Part shown: piece after piece, positions 10,026 through 17,710 of the stretch | Position numbering within the stretch: the first letter of the stretch is position 1 | Layout: each line of letters opens with the position of its first letter | Assembly (NCBI RefSeq): GCF_007748075.1 | Contig: NZ_CP036280.1 | Span: 3,210,001-3,242,000 of the forward strand | Source: Mucisphaera calidilacus | GTDB taxonomy: Bacteria > Planctomycetota > Phycisphaerae > Phycisphaerales > Phycisphaeraceae | Reading direction: 5' to 3' | DNA: 32,000 nucleotides | Position numbers and translations under genes: made by a program | The notes under the pieces: model-generated | The model's input: only the letters and a program-made list of their open reading frames with translations | What the model was told of the DNA's origin: nothing | Database searches by the model: none

Positions 10026-10976
10026 ATGGAAACACGGACCTGGATGGCGTTGGCAGTATCGACGACACTCACCGCCAGCGCGGCGGCGGATTACTCGGAA
10101 TTGATCGTCTTTGGCGACAGTCTGTCGGATGTGGGGAACTTTTTTGCGGCTTCGGCGGGCACGTTCCCGGTGAGTCCGCCTTATGCGAACGGGCGTTTCA
10201 GCAACGGTCCGGTGTGGGTGGAGGGGTTCGCGTCGGGTCTGGGGCTGACGACGTCGCCGAGCCTGTTGGGCGGGACCAATTACGCGTTTGGCGGGAGCCA
10301 GACCGGGACGGGATTGAGTCTGCCGCCTGGCCAGACGACGGGGACGGCGTTCGTGCCGAACCTGCAGACGCAGGTTGATGGTTTCCTAGGGACAAACGCG
10401 GCGGCGAGTGACGCGTTGTACGTGGTGTGGTCCGGCGCGAACGACTTTTTCGTGGGTGAGCAGGACCCGACGGTGCCTGCCGCGAATGTTGCGGGGGCGT
10501 TGTCGGATCTGTATGACGCGGGGGCGCGTGAGTTTCTCGTGGCGAACCTGCCCGCTCTGGGGCAGACGCCTCAGGGCCTGAGTTCGCCGATCCCGGGCGC
10601 GTCGGCGGGGCTTGATCTTTTGACGGCGGGTTTCAACCAGGCGTTGGAAGCCAACCTGCAGGGGCTGGACGCGTTGCCGGGCGTGACGATCCACCGGCTT
10701 GACGTGGCGGGGATTGTGGCGAACGTGGGGGCGTTGAGTGCTTCGCTGGGCGTCACGGTTCTGGATCAGGCATATGCCGACCTGCTGACGGGGACGATCA
10801 TTGATCCTTCGCTGGACCCGGACACGTTCCTGTTCTGGGACGACCAGCACCCGTCGCGTGTGGCTCACGCTTTGCTGGCCGAGCGGGCGCTGCTTGCGGT
10901 CCCGGAGCCGGGTGTGCTGTTTTCGATTGGCGTTCTGGGGGGTTTGGTGCTGCGTCGGAGTCGTGCGTCAGTCTGA
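10026..10976 (+). CDS. Secreted SGNH/GDSL-family esterase/lipase with C-terminal PEP-CTERM sorting signal
   Basis: - Signal-like N-terminus METRTWMALAVSTTLTASAAA.
- Block I: LIVFGDSLSDVGN (nucleophile Ser).
- NGPVW and NYAFGGS blocks.
- C-terminal FWDDQHPS (D-x-x-H).
- Tail VPEPGVLFSIGVLGGLVLRRSRASV, which is PEP plus a hydrophobic helix plus an Arg cluster. Confidence 0.85.
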   Translation: METRTWMALAVSTTLTASAAADYSELIVFGDSLSDVGNFFAASAGTFPVSPPYANGRFSNGPVWVEGFASGLGLTTSPSLLGGTNYAFGGSQTGTGLSLPPGQTTGTAFVPNLQTQVDGFLGTNAAASDALYVVWSGANDFFVGEQDPTVPAANVAGALSDLYDAGAREFLVANLPALGQTPQGLSSPIPGASAGLDLLTAGFNQALEANLQGLDALPGVTIHRLDVAGIVANVGALSASLGVTVLDQAYADLLTGTIIDPSLDPDTFLFWDDQHPSRVAHALLAERALLAVPEPGVLFSIGVLGGLVLRRSRASV

Positions 10977-11741
10977 CGCGGGCATAAGCAGCGAGCCTGT
11001 GCCGGTGCGGTCGGTGACGTCGATGACGGAGGGATCGTTGCCCTGGTGTGCCGCGACCGAGCCGTCGGTCAGCACAGCGTTGAAGGTGTGACCGCGTCGG
11101 GTATTGCCGCCGGTTCGTTTGTAGGCGGTGCCGTAGGCGGAGGGCGTGTTCATCTCGATGAGCTCGAAGCCGGCGTCGGTGGCGTGGTTGACGACGTCGT
11201 AGCTGTCGGGGGGTGTTGCGGTACATCTTGTCGGCGGCGAGACGTTGAGGCTTCGCGTGGTGGTGGTGTCGGTGATGCAGGTCCAGGGCGTGTCGCTTTG
11301 CTGCCAGCGTTGCGGCGCGTCCGTTGCGGCGTCGATGTTGCGAAAGACGTAGCCCGGGGTGAGGGCGTAGTTGGAGTACTGGTTGACGGCGGGAGCGTTG
11401 TCGTAGTCATGTTCGGGGTGGAAGGGGCAGTGGAAGTAATCGAGGGGCATGTAGGGGCGGTAGAGTTCTCGGCCGTCGAACGCGGCGGTCTTGATGCACC
11501 ACATCTGGTTGGCGGGCCCGCCTGAGGCCTCGACGGCGTGCATGGGCAGGCGTTGGTGGTCGACCTCGTAGACGAGCATGGCCTGCCCGACGGAGCGGAG
11601 GTTGACGGCGCACTGTGTGGCGCGTGCGAGGGTGCGTGCCTGTGCCATGGCCGGGAGGGTGATGGCGACGAGCAGGCCGATGATGGCGACGGTCACGAGC
11701 AGCTCGATGAGTGTGAAGGCAGCGCGTGCGTGTTGGCGCAT
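10968..11741 (-). CDS. Prepilin-type N-terminal cleavage/methylation-domain protein (DUF1559 / H-X9-DG-like pseudopilin)
   Basis: The ATG at 11741 is preceded by GGGAGA. The N-terminus is MRQHARAA|FTLIELLVTVAIIGLLVAITLPAM. The C-terminal GHTFNAVLTDGSV resembles the H-X9-DG family motif. The rest of the listed ORF upstream (to 12506) is a Ser/Pro/Thr-rich shadow of the neighbouring gene. Confidence 0.85.
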   Translation of the reverse strand: MRQHARAAFTLIELLVTVAIIGLLVAITLPAMAQARTLARATQCAVNLRSVGQAMLVYEVDHQRLPMHAVEASGGPANQMWCIKTAAFDGRELYRPYMPLDYFHCPFHPEHDYDNAPAVNQYSNYALTPGYVFRNIDAATDAPQRWQQSDTPWTCITDTTTTRSLNVSPPTRCTATPPDSYDVVNHATDAGFELIEMNTPSAYGTAYKRTGGNTRRGHTFNAVLTDGSVAAHQGNDPSVIDVTDRTGTGSLLMPASD

Positions 11742-11772
11742 CGGTGTTCTCCCTGGGTGTCCGCGGCGGGCC

Positions 11773-12992
11773 TTAGCCCTTGGTTTCGCTGGAGATCTGC
11801 TTGGTGGCCTCGGTGACCTGTTCGGTGAGTTCGGTGGTTCGCTCGAAGCGTTCGAAGGAGTTTTCGACCTTGTTGGCGATCTGCTGGAAGACGTCGTGGA
11901 TCTGCTTGGCGAAGGGCCCGATCTTGCTGGCCTCGTGGTCGGAGCTGGCGGCGAGTTTCTTGACCTCTTCGGCGACGACGGCGAAGCCGCGTCCGGCGTC
12001 GCCTGCGCGGGCGGCCTCGATGGAGGCGTTGAGTGCGAGGAGGTTGGTCTGGTCGGCGATGTCGGAGATGGCCTTGACGACCGGGCCGAGTTCGCCGGTG
12101 ATGCCTGAGGCGTCGCAGATCTCCTCGACCATTTTCTGGAACGCGTCGCGTTCATCGTGGGTGAGGTTGAGCAGCTCGGCGAGGTAGCGTTGGATGACCA
12201 TCTGGTCGCTGGCGTAACGGGCGAGGAAGGCGACGGAGGTGCCGATGAGTGCGCTGGCGAGCGAGATGCGGACGCGCGGGTCCGCGGTGTAGAACTCGGG
12301 GTCGCCGGGCGAGAAGGGGCGGAGGATGCCCTGTTCGTAGGCGGTGCGGATGACGCCCTCGAGTCCGTCGGGTTGTCGGTTGAGCACGACGATGACGGCC
12401 AGAGTGATGCCGCCGAAGAGGACGACGAACTGCATGAGGTCGGTCCACATGACGGCGCGCATCCCGCCGAGGCTGGTGTAGAGGATCGCGACGACGCCTG
12501 CGACAACCATGACGAGGGGCAGGGGGAGGCCGGTGACGAGGCCGAAGATCTTTCCGGTTGCGAGGAGTGCTGCCCCCATCCATGCGAGTCGCCAGATCAG
12601 GAGCATGCCGCTGGCGAGCTTGCGGACACGGGTGTCGAAGCTTCTTCGAGGAGTTGGTAGGCGCTGGTGTAGCCCTGATCGACGAAGGCGGGGATGATCC
12701 AGCGTGTGACGGGGAAGGCGATCAGGAGGAAGACGGGGACACAGGCGAGGATGTAGAGGCCGTTGGCGGCGACTTCGGTGGGGAAGGCGGCGAAGTTGAG
12801 GGCGCTGAAGGTGGTGACCATCACCGAGACGCCAACGAGGAGTGAGCCGAAGACGCGTCCGCCGAGCATGAAGCCCCCGGGGTCGGTCGGGTTGGTGTCC
12901 CGGGTTGAGTGCTGGCCGGTGGGGCAGGCGAGGCCGACGATCAGGACGGCGAGCAGGTAGGCGACGACGATCAGGGTGTCGAGGAGGGTCAT
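11773..12992 (-). pseudogene. Frameshifted sodium:solute symporter (SSS) 5' portion fused in frame to the hairpin-tip fragment of a methyl-accepting chemotaxis protein signalling domain
   Basis: 1. 12992 to about 12642: SSS N-terminus [16 protein letters not shown]...[11 protein letters not shown].
2. After loss of one base near 12639-12642, the symporter continues in another frame to about 12181 ([12 protein letters not shown]...[23 protein letters not shown]...[12 protein letters not shown]).
3. From about 12180 to TAA at 11773-11775, the same frame carries only about 135 aa of MCP ([40 protein letters not shown]...). That is far shorter than any complete MCP signalling domain. Confidence 0.75.
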
Positions 12993-13125
12993 GTTCCGGC
13001 TGCCGATCGGGGCGTGGTAGGGACAGAGACCCTATCGGAGGAGGAGGCGCAATGGGGGGCAAGAAGGGGCGGGAAGTGCCTGAAGTTGGTGTATTTTGAT
13101 AGTTTTTGAATGATCCTGAAATTAT

Positions 13126-13154
13126 TTGCCCGTTATCTCTCAAAAAGGTAGACT
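13126..13154 (+). promoter_or_regulatory. Candidate sigma70-like promoter for the 13190 gene, in an AT-rich divergent intergenic region
   Basis: TTGCCC (13126-13131), a 17-nt spacer, then TAGACT (13149-13154), about 35 nt upstream of the ATG at 13190. Each hexamer matches 4/6. The local AT-rich tract at 13090-13150 is unusual for this GC-rich window. Confidence 0.25.
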
Positions 13155-13189
13155 TTGGGCGTCTGGACACAAGTCATCAGAGGGCGGCC

Positions 13190-14356
13190 ATGGCCACGAA
13201 ATCACTGGACACGAAGCTTGAGCGGATCCTGGCGGACCCGGGGTGCGGGGATTTCATCATCGCGGACGCGAAGGACGCGGACATGGCGTTCGGTCTGGCG
13301 GCGCCGGGCAAGAGCCCGGAGATGCACGGGCACGAGGCGCGGTTCCGGACGCTCCAGCAGTACCGCGACCTGATCCGGGCGAACGTGCGTCAGGGTTTGG
13401 TGGACATCATGCTGATGAGCGCCTCGACGAGTGAGGTGCTGACGCTTCACGAGCGGATTTTTGACGACAGTCATGTGACGCCGGCGATCCGCGCCAACGA
13501 CACGACGGACGTGTGGCTGGCGACGGGTGGCGCGTACCCGCAGCAGCCGTCGAAGCCGTTCCGGTCGGCGACGATCGATCACGCGATGTGCGGGAAGGTG
13601 GCGTGTGAAGCGCACGAGCGGAAGCGCGGCGCGGACCTGGGGCTTTACTCGGTCACGTTCAATAATGATGTCGCGCTCGATCACCATGCGCTGGAGCAGT
13701 ACAAGGCGTTTCGTCTGGAGGCGGAGGCGAAGGGCTTCCGGCACTTCCTGGAGGTGTTCGACCCGAATGCGGCGCAGGCGCCGATCGAGGATCTGGGGCG
13801 GTTTCTGAATGACATGATCGTGCGCACGCTCGCGGGCGTGGTGGGCAAGGGGCGGCCGACGTTCCTGAAGATCCCGTACCACGGGCCGGAGGCGATGGAG
13901 TCGCTGGTGAGTTACGACCGTGGCATGGTGGTGGGGATACTTGGCGGATCGGCGGGAACGACGTTTGACGCGTTCTTCCAGCTGGCGGACGCGAAGAAGT
14001 ATGGCGCGCGGGTGGCGTTGTACGGCCGGATGATCAACGCGAGCGAGGATCAGGCGAGTTTCATCGAGTGCCTGCGTGGCGTGGCGGACAGTGACCTTGA
14101 ACCGGCAGAGGCGGTGCGTGCCTACCACGGCAAGCTTCAGTCGCTGGGTGTTTCGCCTTACCGCCCGCTGGAGGACGACCTGAAGTCGACGCTCCGGGGA
14201 AGCTCGTACTCGGGCAAGGTTTCGGTCGCTGTCGACGGTGGGAAGAAGGCATCCTCGGGTGGTGATGCGGCGGCGGGAGCCTCGGAATTCGACGCGATGA
14301 CGCCTGAGCAGAAGGTGCAGTGGAATCTGAACCGTTGGAACAGGGTTCTGGGGTAA
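13190..14356 (+). CDS. Conserved hypothetical protein; weak resemblance to class I (DhnA/FbaB-type) aldolase TIM barrels
   Basis: The 388-aa ORF has coherent G-ending codon usage. Segments FIIADAKDADMAFG, FLKIPYHG and VVGILGGSAGTTFDAFFQLADAKKYGARVALYGRMI recall the substrate-Asp, Schiff-base-Lys and GG...GR phosphate-binding blocks of DhnA-type aldolases. This is recollection only. The ATG at 13190 is preferred over the listed 13106 start, which lies in AT-rich non-coding-looking DNA. Confidence 0.7.
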   Translation: MATKSLDTKLERILADPGCGDFIIADAKDADMAFGLAAPGKSPEMHGHEARFRTLQQYRDLIRANVRQGLVDIMLMSASTSEVLTLHERIFDDSHVTPAIRANDTTDVWLATGGAYPQQPSKPFRSATIDHAMCGKVACEAHERKRGADLGLYSVTFNNDVALDHHALEQYKAFRLEAEAKGFRHFLEVFDPNAAQAPIEDLGRFLNDMIVRTLAGVVGKGRPTFLKIPYHGPEAMESLVSYDRGMVVGILGGSAGTTFDAFFQLADAKKYGARVALYGRMINASEDQASFIECLRGVADSDLEPAEAVRAYHGKLQSLGVSPYRPLEDDLKSTLRGSSYSGKVSVAVDGGKKASSGGDAAAGASEFDAMTPEQKVQWNLNRWNRVLG

Positions 14357-14416
14357 GTCGGTCGGGCTGGTGGTCGCCGAGAGGCAGGCACGGGCGGCAC
14401 GGGTTGGGGGCAGCGG

Positions 14417-15634
14417 TCAGACCAGGCGAATCCCCCCGACGTGGCTGTTTGTGCGGGAGGTTCGGCCGGAGGGTTCGGTGGCGTCGGCGAGGTGTTTCTT
14501 GCGGTATTCGGAAGGCGTGACTTTGAAATACTTGCGGAAGGCTCGTTGCATGACTTCCTGGTGCTGGAAGCCGGATCCTGAGGCGACCTGGCTGACGGGC
14601 ATGCGTGTGTCGATGAGCAGCCGCCTGGCGCGTTCGAGTCGGGCCTGTCGGATGACGCTGGCGGGCGAACAGCCCAGCGCCCTGCGGAACCTCAGTTCCA
14701 GCGCTCGGCGTGAGATCGGCAGGACTTCCAGCACGTCGCTGACCTGAATCGGCTTGTGGGCGTTCTCGCGGATGAAGCGTATCGCGCTGGCGAGTTGGGG
14801 GTCTTCGATGGCGAGGGTGTCGGTGGATTGTCGGGCGATGATGCCGGAGGGTTCGATGCGTTGTACCGGGGGCACGTCTTCGCCGCGCATAAGCCGGTCG
14901 AGAGTTGCGGCGGCCTGATAGCCGATCTGGACGGCGTTGTGATCGATGCAGGAGACGGGCGGGTCGGCGATGCTGGCCATGAGGTCGTCGTGATCCCCCG
15001 CGATGATCGCGAGGTCTTCGGGAACCCGGTAGCCGAGGCGGCGGCAGGCGTCGGCGAGTCGTCGAGCCCCGGCGGTGTTCCATGCGAGGATGCCGGCGGG
15101 CTTGTCGAGGTTCTCAATCCATCGCGCGAGCCGGGGCAGGTCATCGTGCGTGGTGTCGGCGCTGCGCACGTATCGGTCGGGGTCGAAGTGGGCCACGGGA
15201 TAGCCGGCGGCTTCGAGGATGGCGGTGAAGGCGGGCCGGACGTGGTCGGTGTAGTGATCGAGGTAGGGCGGCCCGTAGTAGCCGAAGGCTTCGAGTCCGC
15301 GGTCCTGAAGGTGGCGTGCCGCGAGTTCGCCGATGGTGGCCTCGTTGGCGGTGACCTGAGCGATGCCGGCGTCGGCGATCCGGGCCTGAGAGACGTTGAC
15401 GGCGGGGAGGCCGGCCTCGTTGATCTGCTCGCTGAGGGCGGGCGTGCCGACACGAGCGATGACTCCCTGACCGCTCCAGTGGTGGGGCAGGCGGAGGGTA
15501 TCGTGGGCGCTGCGGTGATCGACATTGAGCAGCCATCGGCTGTGCTGGCGGACGTAGTTGTTCACGCCACGGATGATGTTCGCGCCCCATGTCGTTGATG
15601 TCTCAACGAGCAGGGCGATTGTCGGCGCTTCCAT
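14417..15634 (-). CDS. XylR-like transcriptional regulator (periplasmic-binding-protein-like sensor domain plus AraC-family HTH)
   Basis: The N-terminal two thirds look like a LacI/PBP-type sugar-binding fold (IALLVETSTTWG...GVIARV...ILAWN). The C-terminal AraC HTH is IQVSDVLEVLPISRRALELRFRRALGCSPASVIRQARLERARRLL...VSQVASGSGFQHQEVMQRAFRKYFKVTPSEYRK. The ATG at 15634 is preceded by ACGGAG. Confidence 0.85.
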   Translation of the reverse strand: MEAPTIALLVETSTTWGANIIRGVNNYVRQHSRWLLNVDHRSAHDTLRLPHHWSGQGVIARVGTPALSEQINEAGLPAVNVSQARIADAGIAQVTANEATIGELAARHLQDRGLEAFGYYGPPYLDHYTDHVRPAFTAILEAAGYPVAHFDPDRYVRSADTTHDDLPRLARWIENLDKPAGILAWNTAGARRLADACRRLGYRVPEDLAIIAGDHDDLMASIADPPVSCIDHNAVQIGYQAAATLDRLMRGEDVPPVQRIEPSGIIARQSTDTLAIEDPQLASAIRFIRENAHKPIQVSDVLEVLPISRRALELRFRRALGCSPASVIRQARLERARRLLIDTRMPVSQVASGSGFQHQEVMQRAFRKYFKVTPSEYRKKHLADATEPSGRTSRTNSHVGGIRLV

Positions 15635-15834
15635 CGGCGAACTCCGTGTTCCGGCGGCCCCAAGACGTCCATGGGTGAAGCAGGCTTATAACGATCTTGA
15701 GTTAGCGAAGTGTTTGCGCTCCGGATCCATGCGTGGCAGAGCTCCGTGTTTTCGGTGCGGGCTCATGCGATCACCGTTCGCTCCGGCTGCCGGGACCCGG
15801 GTGGTCTGCGCAGAGTCAGCGGCTATCTGCGCAT

Positions 15835-15861
15835 AAAGCCGGCCCTCGCGTGAGGGCCGGC
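15835..15861 (-). terminator. Probable intrinsic terminator downstream of the MCP gene
   Basis: A perfect 10-bp stem GCCGGCCCTC / GAGGGCCGGC (15838-15847 and 15852-15861) closes a 4-nt loop. On the minus strand it is followed by TTTA, and it lies 24 nt after the MCP stop. The U-tract is short. Confidence 0.55.
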
Positions 15862-15885
15862 GGAGGTGGAAGGTTGGCGTGTGTA

Positions 15886-17013
15886 TCAGGCTGCTGCGGA
15901 GCGCCGCTGTTCAGAGAGCTTGAACTGGCCGACGAGCGACTGGAGTTCCTCGGCCTTCATGGAGAGGTTGCTGCAGGCGGAGGCGGCCTGAGAGGTGCCC
16001 TCGCGGGTCTGGGCGGTGAGTTGCTGGATCGAGCTGACGTTCTGGATGATGCGTCGTGAGCTTTCAGAGTGCTGCTGCGTCGAGGAGGCGATGCTCTCGA
16101 TGAGCGATGCGACGGAGTGGGTGCCCGTGACGATGGCCTGGAGTTTCTCACCGGCCTGCGTGGCCTTGCCCACGCCATCGTCGACCTGTTCGGTGCCGGT
16201 GTTCATGCGTTCGACGGCGCAGTCGGTCTCGGTCTGGATCGCCTCGATCGACTCGGCGATCTCTTCGGTGGCCTTGGTGGTGCGGTCGGCGAGCTTGCGG
16301 ACCTCGTCGGCGACAACCGCAAAGCCTCGGCCGTGCTCACCGGCACGGGCGGCTTCGATGGCGGCGTTGAGGGCCAGCAGGTTGGTCTGGTCGGCGATGT
16401 CGTTAATGACCTCGATGATCTCGCCGATCTGCTCGCCGCGCTTGCCGAGGCTCTGGACCGAGTTGGCGCTGGCGGTGACGGCGTCGCGGATCTTGGTGAT
16501 GCTGGCGATGGTCTCGGTGACGGTCTGTCCGCCTTCCTCGGCGACGGATCCGGCCTCCTGGGCGGAGTGCGCCGCCTCGCCGCTCTGGGTCGAGATCTCG
16601 CCGATGGCCCCGGCCATTTCCTCGATCAGCATGTTGGCCTCGGAGACCTGCTGGTTCTGCTCGTCCATGCCCGCCGCGATCTCCTCGCTGCTGGCGGCGA
16701 TCTGTGTTGCTGCGGAGGCGACGTCGGTGGTCGCGGAGCTGACGTCGTAGACGATGTCGTGGATCTTGCTGACGAAGCGGTTGAAGCCGCGGCCGAGGTC
16801 GCCTATCTCGTCGCGTCGCTCATCATCGATGCGCTGGGTGAGGTCGCCGTCGGCGATGTCGCGGAGCAGGTCGACCATCTTCTGGAGCGGCTGGACGATC
16901 TGCCAGCGGGCGAGCCAGGCGAAGAAGAAGCTCAAAGCCAAGCCTGCCGCGAAGATGTAGCCGGCGGTCGTGTAGACCGATGCCAGCTCGTTCGCGATAG
17001 AGGTCGCGTCCAT
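15886..17013 (-). CDS. Methyl-accepting chemotaxis protein lacking the first TM helix and ligand-binding domain (TM-HAMP-signalling domain only; probably 5'-truncated)
   Basis: - One TM segment: [21 protein letters not shown].
- HAMP: [46 protein letters not shown].
- Conserved tip: [40 protein letters not shown].
- The first in-frame ATG after which the sequence is MCP-like is at 17013. The listed extension to 17148 is antisense to the neighbouring TonB-receptor fragment. Confidence 0.8.
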   Translation of the reverse strand: MDATSIANELASVYTTAGYIFAAGLALSFFFAWLARWQIVQPLQKMVDLLRDIADGDLTQRIDDERRDEIGDLGRGFNRFVSKIHDIVYDVSSATTDVASAATQIAASSEEIAAGMDEQNQQVSEANMLIEEMAGAIGEISTQSGEAAHSAQEAGSVAEEGGQTVTETIASITKIRDAVTASANSVQSLGKRGEQIGEIIEVINDIADQTNLLALNAAIEAARAGEHGRGFAVVADEVRKLADRTTKATEEIAESIEAIQTETDCAVERMNTGTEQVDDGVGKATQAGEKLQAIVTGTHSVASLIESIASSTQQHSESSRRIIQNVSSIQQLTAQTREGTSQAASACSNLSMKAEELQSLVGQFKLSEQRRSAAA

Positions 17014-17509
17014 GGCGAGGCTCACACTGCCGATCGACTCGTCGCCGCCCGAGTTGCTCCGCGGCACGCCCGGCCTGCACGTCGCACAGATCCGCAGCGA
17101 TACGTGGTCGGTCTCGGCCCGTGGCTTCGGCGGTGAGTTCAACAACAAGATGCTCGTTCAGATGGACGGGCGCAGCCTCTACACCCCGCTGTTCGGCGGT
17201 GTCTACTGGGGCACGCAGGACTACATCCTGCAGGACCTCGAGGTTGTCGAGGTGATCCGTGGCCCGGGCGGCACGCTCTGGGGCGCCAACGCGGTCAACG
17301 GCAGCGTCTACTACACCGACAACCTCCGCACCGCGAACGCCTTCGTCCGAACCGACCTGGGTGTCACGTGGAAGGCGAACGACAACATGGAGTTCAGCCT
17401 GGTCGGACAGAACCTCCTCGACAGCCAGCACGCCGAAGCGACCTCCGGCTTCTTTACGCAGTCGGAGGTGCCCCGCTCGATCTTTGCCCGCCTGACGTTC
17501 CGGTACTAA
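17012..17509 (+). pseudogene. TonB-dependent receptor remnant: partial plug domain joined in frame to the last beta-strands of the barrel
   Basis: The plug-like segment is [29 protein letters not shown]...[13 protein letters not shown]...LEVVEVIRGPGGTLWGANAVNG. It is followed directly (near 17303) by a C-terminal barrel end, SVYYTD...DLGVTWKANDNMEFSLVGQNLLD...PRSIFARLTFRY, with a terminal aromatic residue. There is no signal peptide or TonB box, and about 500 barrel residues are missing. Confidence 0.75.
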
Positions 17510-17536
17510 TTCGCAGCCTCTGCACGAACACACAAG

Positions 17537-17568
17537 AACCGCTGGTATCTCTGATACCAGCGGTTTTT
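17537..17568 (+). terminator. Rho-independent terminator
   Basis: A perfect 13-bp stem AACCGCTGGTATC / GATACCAGCGGTT (17537-17549 and 17553-17565) closes a 3-nt loop. It runs into TTTTT (17564-17568), 28 nt after the receptor-remnant stop. Confidence 0.85.
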
Positions 17569-17710
17569 ACATGATCGCGGGCACGTGATGCCGGATGAGA
17601 ATCATGTGTGCGCTCAAAAACCCTTGCCCCGGGGCCGTTTCGGGGGTATGTATCAGTTGGGAAGACGTATCGATACAACAGATCGTTCAAGCGAACACAA
17701 GGAGAGGGCC

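Noticed and set aside
11742-12506. N-terminal extension of the pseudopilin ORF (the listed ORF 10968..12506- has 512 aa)
   Set aside because: The extension is Ser/Pro/Thr/Ala-rich with no structure, and it overlaps the SSS::MCP locus in another frame. The prepilin leader with an RBS at 11741 marks the real start. The same logic was applied to the extensions at 4386-4466, 5266-5355, 8222-8425, 13106-13189, 17014-17148 and 17585-17710.
12630-12650. Possibility that the frame change in the symporter is programmed ribosomal frameshifting
   Set aside because: There is no slippery heptamer or homopolymer at the site (ctcgaagaagcttcgac on the coding strand) and no obvious downstream stimulator. A 1-nt deletion or a sequencing error is the simpler explanation.
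15642-15750. The 9-nt direct repeat CTCCGTGTT at 15642-15650 and 15742-15750 (exactly 100 nt apart) upstream of the XylR-like gene, as a possible operator pair or uORF signal
   Set aside because: I estimate about a 10% chance of an exact 9-mer repeat in a 250-bp region. The first copy is simply the complement of the regulator's Shine-Dalgarno region. The evidence is insufficient.
11960-16410. Similarity between 11960-12075 and 16300-16410, checked as a possible recent duplication or repeat element
   Set aside because: The similarity is confined to the universally conserved MCP hairpin-tip coding sequence, with many third-position differences. It reflects paralogous domain conservation, not a mobile repeat.
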